Source: Phoronis australis (taxonomy: Eukaryota; Animalia; Phoronida). Taken from it: DNA of 64,000 nt. Below the pieces are notes generated by a model, which worked only from the letters and a program-made list of their open reading frames with translations, ran no database searches and was not told the DNA's origin. This document shows positions 1 through 10,794 of the stretch, piece after piece (positions within the stretch are counted from its first letter, which is position 1; every line of letters starts with the position of its first letter). A program made the translations under genes and the position numbers. The DNA is taken from positions 1,003,531-1,067,530 of the forward strand of contig NMRA01000018.1 in assembly GCA_002633005.1 (NCBI GenBank), in the 5' to 3' direction.

Positions 1-1238
1 CTAGTTGTTGTAGATTTTCCGAATAGCCCCATTCTATCAACTGAACCGGACGAAATACAAGTTCGATTTTGGGTAGAAATTTCAGAAGTCAAGTAGAAAA
101 CCATGACTTAACAGTGATTTTGGAGCACGGTAGCTATATTATGGTCAGTTGTTGGGGAATAAACTGAACAAATGTTCATAACAGAAAATACTTAAAACTT
201 TTTCAGGTAACCCAGCCTATTTTTCTTTCCATATTAGGAATATGCTGTGTCTTGTGACCTCACCCTGCTCTCAATCACCTTCAAAACAACGGAATAAACA
301 ACAAAATATTTTGCATTCTTTACAGCGAAAAAAGCACACTCAGAGAATATCCTTGTTTCAAGGCTAGAACTGTTTGCAGGTCGAAACTTGTCGACCTGGG
401 AATTTTCCCTGTGTTGAAGTACGATTACCCGTAAATGTTACACTGCATTGCATGCGCAAATGTTGCTAGACAGCTTACAATGATATGGCTATTTCGCTGC
501 CAGGGTGGCGCTGGCTATGCGAGTAGTGATAGCGGTAGCCAAACATTGAGCACTAGTGATCCTAGAGTTAAGTGTTGCAAATGATTGAAAAGACATGCAG
601 CAGCTGTGGTTCAAATTACATACAGTAGACAGGAGACATATTGGTATGAAACCTTGTTTGCTTGAACATCTGTTTGAGTTGGAAGGATTTAAAAACTTGG
701 ACGGCCTCCTAATATGTCCGACAGTCTACACAGGTGAGTAGTACTTGTAGAGAATCGATTTAGCCAGGTCAAGTGCACCGAGCTTACCTTGAGTGTAGCT
801 GCAGCACGGAATCTGGCTTGTGTTGATTATAATGCCCATCAATTTGCTCGCCTCCAGCGGATTTTTTAAAACAATGGCCACATGAACTTACCGCACCACA
901 GCACCAATGTTCAAAAAGGCTAGAACTAACTATGCTTTATGGCCACATCTCATGTACTTTCTCATGCAGGGCTACTAGAGACATTTAAAGGATGATATGA
1001 ATGCACAAATTATGTGTCGCAATGCTATGAAAGGTGTTCATAATGCACCACCAAAATAAGTCAGAAGGCAGGCATGCACATGACTGTTTAGTTTATAGTT
1101 GTGTCTCGCAAAATTGACAAGGTCTTGGATTAACATTCCATTCTGGTACAAGTCAGGAAGCCTAGATTTAAAAGTCCCATTTTCAAAGGAATGTAAAATG
1201 CAGTGTGTCAAGCAGATAATGGCCTAAAAGATACTCAC

Positions 1239-4200
1239 GTCACTACAGTGGTCAGGAACGGGTACATTGAATCCTGGGTACTCTATAATCTTGGTAACAT
1301 CGTATTGAATGTCGCTGTTGTCGTTTTTGTCGTCAACTTCCCCCTCTTCCATTGTGTCCCCATCGATGTTCACTTCTGGAAAAAGAATTCCCTTAATGAT
1401 AAAATCGCTCTGTTTCACTATAAAAGACGTCAGCCACAGAAGGATACAGTTGCACCCTCCAACATTGTATTGAATTTGATGAGGCACTTTATATTACTCT
1501 AGAGAGCAAAGAGAAATCCATAGACTACAGTTTCAAGTTGTTCATGATAAGCATAGTATGAAATTTTGTTGAATCCTGACAGTACCGCTATTTCTGGGTG
1601 TCTGTCTAACATTTCTAATTAAACGTTCGGTGATTTCACCCAAAACAACTGCCAAATTATTATCTATGTGTTGTTTTAGTGAATGGTGGATAGTTCATCA
1701 CTTTCAGAACAACAAATAAATTAGGTACTGAAAGTCAAACCGTTTGATGCAAACTAGGACATTGTGGACTAACTTACAGGATACAAACTATATTTACAAT
1801 GACCTCTCACTCTGTAAAGCTTGCTTAAATGGATATATAGAGCGCACCTTTTCCATATTTGTCAAACATAGCAATGCCAGAAGCTTTCAGCTCGGCATCC
1901 TTAAGATGTCCAGGAGGATAGCCCAACAGCCTCATACGGTAGATGAACAGGGGGAGCTGACTAGGCCTCATGCCCAGCGCCTTGGTGAGAGTCTCACTGT
2001 ATACACCAGGCTTGAAATTGGTGAAACGGGGATCAGATTCGATGTGATAACGGCTGAAAGGAATGGATGTGATTACTCGACTGCCAGCTTAAGCCTACAA
2101 AGGTTATGTAGGACCTAATAGAAAAGTCTGTACATTTGGACAAATATCTGCAAAACTTAAGAATTGAACTCAACAAAGGCATACATTTTCTGAAAGCAGA
2201 AATGATGTAGAATTTGATTTCTGACTTTATACAAATCTGCTGTTAGTCAAGTTTGATTTCTTGTTTTCTTAGGAAAATTTGGGAAAAATAAAGGTACATT
2301 CATACCAAAACAGCAGGATCAATAACATTAACCAAATTCTGCATGATATAAATAATCAAGATAATCTCAAAAATGCTATTAGTTTCCTAAATAATGAGAT
2401 CATGTATTAAATTCTTTTTAAGATCAGCTATCACACAAGTGGAACGATTTCTAAAAGCGCATAGGAGAACACTGAATAAAGCATAGTATCTGAAATTTTC
2501 ATGTGAATCCTATCAGCCATTTCTGTGATACGATGTTCTGAAGCTGGCCAAAATTGGAATTTTTAGGGCTGTTGAACAACCACGTGTGACCTGCTTATTA
2601 GCAAAGTCCCTGTATTGTAACACACAAGTCCAACATTGTAATTTTCAACAAGATGAGCCTGCAATTCGCCCTAAAAATAAAAATTTACTCTCATAAATTG
2701 GTCACATAGTTTCCTTACCATGACAGGAGCCTATTTCCGTTACTAAAAAGAACATGAAAAACATCAGTGACTTAAGAAAACGTGTTAGAGTTTATTGGGG
2801 TTGGCCAACACTAAAATTGCAAATTCGAAACGCACTGCCTGCGACTCAAAATGGTATTGGAAACGGAATCCTATCATAGTGAGAAATAACACGAGACCAT
2901 TTTGTCAAACTAAGAGACACCACTCAATAGACGTTTCCAGCCAGCCAAAAAGACACAATGGAGCTTTAATTGAAAAATTTAAGACAATAAAAGCATGAAA
3001 ATTTTGAGGCATCCAGCTGAGAAAACACATATAAAATTTGAATCTAATACTGGAATATGAAATAAAACTTACTAGAGTTAGCAACGTTGTGTCCGTCTCT
3101 AAGCTGAAATTCCTGAGAGACGGATACAATGTCGCTACCTCCAGTAAGTTTTATCTCAAATTCCAGTATTAGATTCAAACTTTATCTGAATTTCAAACTG
3201 CATTACAAAGGGACTTTGATGATAAGCAGATCGTACTTGGTTGCTCAGCAATTGGATTAGTGATCTGTAACTGCCAGTAATTGATGTTTCCAAGGTCACC
3301 TTCCAAGAATTGGCAGAAACCATGAAGAACAGCACATTGTGGGAAGTTAGCCAAAATTAGCTTGGTAACTATTAAATAATTTTTGACTAGAACAGAACCA
3401 AAACAAAGTCGAACACACTGTGTATGGCACAGTGGTTCACTTGGCAAAGCTGTAACCGGCATAGAATGGAGACGATCCTGCAACAGAACTGGCAGCGAAT
3501 ACGGTGGATTTTTGTTGGTCATTCACCTTCCTCCTCCACCTTTACTGGCCTTGAATTCTCGTATCCTCTGAGCTATTTTAGCACCATCTCTCGGCTCTAG
3601 GCATTCCGACAAGTTGTGGTCACCATCACAGTTAAAACAAGACGCCCTGAACAAAATCATTGAATTCTCATTAGGTATTTTTCTAGTAGTTTAGTCTCTC
3701 AAAAATGATTTACAGCCAAATTTCGACTTTTGTGTTCTCATCCTATTAATTCTGGTTTCAAGCCAGCAAATGTCACAGTGCAAAAAAATCACTGTTTGCC
3801 TTCTTTAACAGTGTATTACTTCCATGTCACCAGCCCAGCACTCATTACTTATTGATTTCACACTTTGGAAACAACCGTGAAGTTATGTGATTCGACACAG
3901 CAAGAACTATTTGAGACCACAAAAGATTGCCATGGTACCTGAAATACAGTGATAATGATGTTCGGTTCAATTATAAAATTTTACATCCTTCGAAAATACG
4001 GATTTACTACACTGAAAATATCCTTTCACTGCGCTAAGCTGTACAGTTGCATTTGACTTCAGAGAGCCAAGCTGTACAGTTGCATTTGACTTCGGAGAGC
4101 CAAGCTGTACAGTTGCATTTGACTTCAGAGAGCCAAGCTGTACAGTTGCATTTGACTTCAGAGAGCCAAGCTGTACAGTTGCATTTGACTTCAGAGAGCC

Positions 4201-7200
4201 AAGCTGTACAGTTGCATTTGACTTAGCTAGTTAGCTTCATCATGTCACATGACATGACAGTAAGTTTCAGTCAGAGTCAAATAACTACTTTAAATTTCAA
4301 AAACACAAAATTTACCTGGGTTTGGCCTTGACAACGGCATCTTCCTCGTCAGAATCGTAGGGGAGACAACTCTTGAACACTTGTTCATAGCTGCCAATGA
4401 TTCAGGAATAAGTCAGAATTGAAGAAATGTTGGGTAGCAACAGTCTGAATGTCATGCATTTTAGAACTTATCATCTAGCAAGGTTGAATGAGACTTACTA
4501 ATCACTAAGTAAACATACTAAAACATGACATGAAAAACTCCTACGACCAGGTAAGCAACAGCCAAAAAGCTTGCATAAGTCAAACACGTAGAAGTCGGAT
4601 TTTCAAAAAAAAAACTCTGACCAAGTTTTGAGGTATAGCTGTTTTAGTCCGTGCACTCGGCCCTACACATATTAAAGTCAAACTTCGCCTTACTTGATGA
4701 AATATCTTGGTCCTGTTTGATCTGATTTAACGTGAGTTTTACTGTCAGTATACGCCTAAAAGCCAGCCTTCTTTAGAAAAGCACAACACATTTTGCACAT
4801 AGATCTCTTTGACTTCTCATATGATGTCATCTCCAGACAACCAACTGAAACAGCTACTACGAGCTAATGCGTGTGCAGCGGTTCAGTTGTTTCCGTACCT
4901 GACTGCCAAATAATGATGAAAATGTCAACCTGTACTTTTATTCGCAATGTTCGTTTTGGGTAATGAATCCTGAAGCTGACCTAATCCTTAGTCTGGGGAT
5001 GATGCCATCAGTAAAACCACATATGCATATAAAGGTCATTACTTTACAAGTGAACACGCATTTTTGATCCCATTCCAACCATCTAATTAAAATATACCGG
5101 AGTATTTTTGTAGTCTTGCAAAATTAATTGAAAATATTCTATACATGAACCGCTGGGAAACAACAAAAACGCTTTTTTTGCAAACCAGTGAAATATTCAT
5201 AAAACACAGAATCACGTAGTATCTTCAATGCACGTACACGGTGGGAGCTGTTTCCTATGTATGACTTAAAAAGCAATATTTCTCGATTGAATGTTGATAT
5301 GAGAAACAAGGAAAAATTAATGTGTCCACAGTTACCACTTTTCCTCTGGGGATGACGTGATCTCTAAATTTAAAGTATAACTAAAATGACGATTGCCTAC
5401 TAGCGGCTTCATTACAGACTCAGATAACTTGCACTTCGTTATGACCTCTAAGTGCAAGACTTTTACTTAGAGGTCGTAATGGAGAATTTCGCTTGCGCTC
5501 AGACATCATGGCAGGGTATTTCAGGTCATTTTGTCTGATTACTCTTGGCGTGTACAGTATAGTTTTGGCTACTGGATTGAAAAGTGTGCTTTTGTGGATA
5601 ATGCACTGTTTGAAGACCAGAAGACAGGTAGAAAACGCCAGACATACCAACAGATGAGTGATGACATAGCGCACATCTGGACAGTCTTATGAGTGGCTGA
5701 GCCATGGGCACTTATTATTGTCATTCTACACCAATTTAGCAAACAATGCTGCGAAATATCAAACTTCACTTTAACAAATTCCACAACAAAAACAAAGACT
5801 GGCAAAATGTAATTCTGCCATTAACTTGGCTTACACCATGAAGAAGTCGTAAAACAAGATTTGGTGAAGCTTTCATTATTTGCAGTAAAATAATCAGCTT
5901 TCAAAACAATAGAAAAAACAACAGTATTATCATTTTATTTGTGCGAAATAAGTGACAAATACCTGATTAATGCAATCAACCGTAAGCTATGTTTACAAGC
6001 CAATCAATAACACTATGAACCTTTGCATTATCATAGTTGAGAGCGCCTTGAGTAAGACCCATTGCTATATGGCCGAATCACATCAACCCTATCCACTCTG
6101 CCAAGGATACGTCGGTATGTCCCAGCTATCTGTTAATGCCGGCCTATAGTCAACCAGAGGCCACCCAAGAAGATCGAAAAAGAATTCCTTGTAGAAGTGG
6201 ACACAGCCAATAACCTAAAATAAAGCCAACGTGCTGTGAACAATGTCTTTGAAATATCAAATCTACCGACGACAATTGCGCAAAGGCCGTGTATCTAAGA
6301 TTAAGTCTGAACTACATCGTCTAGTCACATGATCTGTCACCAACATATGTCAGTCATACCATCATCGTGAGCAATTAAATCAAGTTTAAACTGTCATACG
6401 CAAACCACATTTTTATGTACAGTACAAGACAAAGGTACTGTTGTGACAGCTCATATTGTTGACAGCAAATTACTGAAATTAACTATTAGAGCGGCAAAAC
6501 TCAAATTACCGAATGGTTTAGCTACCTTACGAACATTCCCTTTCATTCTCAGTCATGAGGAAAGACTATTATGGCTATGAATTCGACTTCTGCCCAGTTG
6601 TCATGACTGGGAATTTTCGGTCATTTTGTCAGAATCCCTTTGGCTTGTACTGTAAACTGCCATACACAAAACACATTTTTTTTATCTGCCAACAACAAGT
6701 GTGGCCATCTGGGTCAATGCCCAACAAAAGTCAAATTTCAATGTCGACGTTCCATTGTACTCGGCTTAATGCCCATTGTCAAATTTCTGCATTTCTCAGT
6801 TGAAATGCCCTGTGTGTTAACCCAGATTAGTATGATACCATAAAATCTCACCAATTTCCACCAGAAATAATTGCCAAACTTGGTTTTTGTCATTATTCAA
6901 AGGCTCGTAACACTGTTGTGAATGCCCACATTTTTCCGAAACACGATCCCATGGTAGCCACCCTGAGGACTGATAAAGTCTTTTATGTTGTGCAACTTAC
7001 CTTCAACGAAAAATGAATAATTTTAACTGTACCTTTAATTGTACCTTTCTTTAGTCATCAAGGGTGTGCTTACAAATTTTCTAAAGTGTGATGTTTTCAG
7101 AAACTCAATATATGAATTACTACTTACCTTGCTCCCTTCATCTTCTGTTGATGTGAGCTTTACAGAATTTTTCTAGAAATAGAGAAAAGAACACCACAGC

Positions 7201-10200
7201 TGAGATGTTGTCTTGAATATAGACCATTTAATTTTATAACCAGAAACAGACAGGCACAAAAATAGCAGGAGTTTGAATTATAACACATCAAAATGTTGAT
7301 TTTAATAGTCATTTGCTACAGAAGAAAAATAAAACAATCAATTTCACGTGTCAAATCAAATCACCTGCACAGTGGCTGCTAATTTTGTTTCAGTCAAAAT
7401 GATCAATAACTCAACCTACAATGGAACATACACAGATGCTGACAATAAGTAAAAGACATCACTAACTTAATTAAAATGAACCAACAGATCGCTAATGTGT
7501 ATGAAACCAATGGCAGAAGAAGGGTACTTACAGATGTAATTTTACCAGAGGAGTGCGATTCATCATCTTTGTTTGAAGTGAGTAAACTTGCAATGAACGA
7601 AAGAATCTCTGACTGATGTAACCTAAATGTAAAGTCAATGTTCAGTATCAAACAAATTAGAAATTTTAACGATAGCCTCCAAAGGCGAAGCTCGACTCCT
7701 CCCATACTTGACCCAAATTTAAATTCACATGCTTAGTTAAAAACGTGCAGAGTTCCACAAGAATTTATACAAGCCATTTAACAAAATGTGTAATCTTTAA
7801 AACTGAGCAGTTATAAATTTCACCATTATTTTTAAAAATTTGAAAGTCCTCGTTTTCAGTACTTTGAAAGTTGATAAACTATTGGTTTCTTTGTTAATAA
7901 ATCCAAAAACAAATTCAAACTTATCTAAACAATGCCACGATCTTAATCAAATAAGTTAATTTGAAAATTATATCGGCCCCATGGAAAGCAGATTGAACCG
8001 ATGGAGGCTTCCCTCATTGTAAATATTACGTTAAAAAATAAACAAAATTACTCAAATGACAACACAATGTTTATCACAAAAAGTTACAAATTCAGTACAA
8101 GACAAAAATAATCATACAAAATACCATTTCCTTCATCATGACGATTAATTCTGTTGACAGCAAAAATGACTGGTAATAATTAAAATTCTATTTGCAGAAC
8201 GACTAAGTCACCTTACTAACTACAGAATGACTTAGTCACCTTACTAACTACAGAATGACTTAGTCACCTTACCAACTACAGAATGACTTAGTCACCTTAC
8301 CAACTACAGAATGACTTAGTCACCTTACTAACTACAGAATGACTTAGTCACCTTATCAACTACAGAATGACTTAGTCACCTTACTAACTATAGAATGACT
8401 TAGTCACCTTACTAACTACAGAATGACTTAGTCACCTGACCAACTACAGAATGACTTAGTCACCTTACTAACTACAGAATGACTTAGCCACCTAACTTTC
8501 CAGATAATTTCACTGTATTCTCAATCATAAAGGAAGACTACGATGACGATGAATTAAGGTTCCAAACAGTCACCATGACGGGGAACTCTGGGTCATTTTG
8601 TTTGAATACTTTTGGCGTGTATTGTATGTTACCTGCTCAAATGTGAATCTGTAAATAACACCTGTATTGCGGGACCAGGAGACGACAGTCGTGGACTCAG
8701 CAGCCTGTCAAACTTGTCTTTTGTGGAACGCTACTATGGTTAAGGACTCATATTTGCATTGCATTAATTATAAATCATGATTGTTCATTAGTAAATAATA
8801 AAGCAAGTCAACAAACAGGCACACAAAAAAGTGCTTTTCAAAACTGGAGCATTTGTCTGGAAGTTATAGTCAAACAAAAACCATAATGCCATGGCTAAGC
8901 CGCAGATTTGCTGCCATTTCGATTCCTAAAATATATAATAATGCTTTCAAAGACGATAGTATGAAAACATTTTCTGAGATAGGTTAACTGTACTCAACCT
9001 TAATGGCAAAAGGGGCGAAAAAAGAAATGGGTCAATAGGTGGCACTCTGTTGCATGGCACTCAAAGCTTACATATAATCATAATAGTTCGCAAGTTAGCA
9101 ACAGCATAACGACATTTTTTAACATCGGTAACCAATTTAGGGCAATCCTGCATTTTAGGAGGCTCAATTATCTGGACTTCAAGACCTTAATCAAAATTGC
9201 TTTTAACATCAACTGTCTAGGCAGGTGCAGCCCCTGTGGCCTGACCCACAGGCGGTAATGCTTTCAAGTTAAAAAACTACAAAATTCAAAATACTGCAAA
9301 TAACACCAAATGAGGCATGCATATGTAATCAATTACAATTAGCAAATATCCCGACTCTGAAGAGAATTTAATTTACTTTTGTTGAACATATTCACAAAAA
9401 TGTCAGCCTTCATAAGCACTTCCCTTACCTGCCGTCATTTTGAGGTTATTTTCTTGTCCCCAACTCGTGTGACATCATCTAAGCACATGTCAAAAATCTT
9501 AACTGCTTCTGGTCTGTTTTTTTTTTGAAAATCGAGTCAGTGGTCCGTACTTTTTAGGTACCCACGATTTGGAAGAAGAAAATCTCTCAGACAAGCAAAA
9601 ATGATGTGGGATTTGATTTTTACTCATCACTTGGCAAATCATGCCATTTCAAACCTTGCTTCCCTTTCACTAAGTGCCTTCATGTAGCTTTTCTTTTTTA
9701 GTCCATGGGCACAGGTCTCAAAATGGCATCCATTTGGACGCCCAGGACGTACGCTGCATAAAGGCCTGGGTGAGAGAAGCTCGAGTGAACCGCAACAGAT
9801 TTTCATGGATATGTTCTGCTCAAATTATGTTGACTTAATTGTCTCCAGAGCCATCATATACTTTAATTCTAACTCAGTGTGTTTACATGCATGTTTAATC
9901 CGATGTTCTTCGCTGTATTTTGAGATGAGTAACTTTTTATGGGGGTGTATTATCGCCTGTGTACTACAGGCGGAGCGGAGCCGGGACAGATTTGAGGTTT
10001 GCGGACTTTTCTTTCTGGGAAAGTGTCCGCGGGTTTTGGTCGTGAAACAAAATGTGACAATTTCACCCTCAATAATCAACACATTTTGAAATGCACATTT
10101 TCACTATACCCTAATGGCTATATCGTGCCACTGTTGGGCTTACATGGCGATGTAATTTCCTACCCCTGATTAGCAAAAGAAGAAAAGTTCATTTGGAAAT

Positions 10201-10515
10201 GGCCAAGCGAGGCAGAACATTTCAATTCTTTGTTTAGTAACCGAAAGAGCTAGAACAGAAAAGTGGAAACACTCAAAAATTAAAGGAAACTGCAGTAGCA
10301 GACTTCAGCGGTGATGTATTCGACGCACCACCAGGACGGTTTTCTTCACAAATTTGGTCATTTCGAGAGATTTGTGGCTCATCGACCTTCTCAGAATTGT
10401 GGTTTTTGTAATTAGCAACACCATCAGACTCCCTGATGAACGAGTTCCCCTGTTCTCTGTCCTTTTCGAATTCTTCGAAGAGAGAAGCATCTCCAAAACT
10501 ATCGTTATCGTCCAT
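1239..10515 (-). CDS. ZCCHC8: Zinc finger CCHC domain-containing protein 8 (NEXT complex scaffold), 5' part, multi-exon; 3' exons not located in the window
   Basis: Phase-compatible exons: 10515-10291 (MDDNDSFGDASLFEEFEKDRE, cf. vertebrate N-terminal FGDxELFE), probable 9956-~9835, 8704-8633 (GPAIQVLFTDSHLSR), 7622-7532 (LHQSEILSFIASLL), 7172-7128, 6214-6111 (VIGCVHFYKEFFFDLLGWPL..WDIP), 4390-4316, 3646-3527 (zinc knuckle CFNCDGDHNLSEC), 2053-1848 (PSP domain FKPGVYSETLTKALG..LPLFIYRMRLLGYPPGHL), 1375-1239 (YDVTKIIEYPGFNV). Splicing of exons 1-2 is uncertain. Confidence 0.92.
3030..3187. mobile_element. Palindromic MITE-like hairpin
   Basis: ~70-bp arms: tttgaatctaatactggaat...tccgtctct versus agagacgga...attccagtattagattcaaa are near reverse complements around a short loop. 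Confidence 0.65.
4036..4224. repeat. 33-bp minisatellite, ~5.7 copies
   Basis: Unit aagctgtacagttgcatttgacttcagagagcc repeated head to tail, nearly identical. Confidence 0.95.
4391..6110 (-). other. U12-type (minor spliceosome) GT-AG intron in ZCCHC8
   Basis: 5' splice site GTATCCTTG (6110-6102). Branch-like TTCCTGAAT (4408-4400) lies 7 nt before the AG and there is no polypyrimidine tract. Flanking exons join in phase (IP-T-YEQ). Confidence 0.8.
8195..8496. repeat. 28-bp minisatellite, ~11 copies
   Basis: Unit cagaatgacttagtcaccttactaacta; contains the palindrome TGACT-T-AGTCA; no spacers. Confidence 0.95.
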
Positions 10516-10794
10516 GTTGGTTTTAAGAATGACTATCCAAGAATATTGTAGATAAAATCATAATATTTCCAAAAAAAAGTTTCATATCTGAACAAAAATT
10601 TCATAGTGAAAATTTATTATCGTTTTAAAACTGGTAATTTAGTATTTTAAGGAATTTATTTACCAAGTAAATGATTATTTATTATTAACACAAAAACTAA
10701 ATTTGTGTGCGTGTTGGATGCTGAACTGCGGAAACTGTTTTTGTTAAGCTGTTATTAAAGTGTTTGCCGCACCGACAAAGTATGAGGAGTGAGG
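10516..10794. promoter_or_regulatory. Probable bidirectional promoter and 5' UTRs between ZCCHC8 and the divergent gene
   Basis: Two start codons point away from each other only ~280 bp apart; the spacer is very AT-rich. Confidence 0.55.

Noticed and set aside
4036-4224. CRISPR array (33-bp repeats)
   Set aside because: Head-to-tail minisatellite with no spacers.
8195-8496. CRISPR array (28-bp repeats)
   Set aside because: Repeats are contiguous with no unique spacers, no cas genes, and the context is a eukaryotic intron.
9430-9480. ZCCHC8 exon ending in a strong CAG|GTAAGG donor
   Set aside because: The only open frame ends in phase 1, incompatible with the next exon (phase 2), and shows no recognisable similarity.
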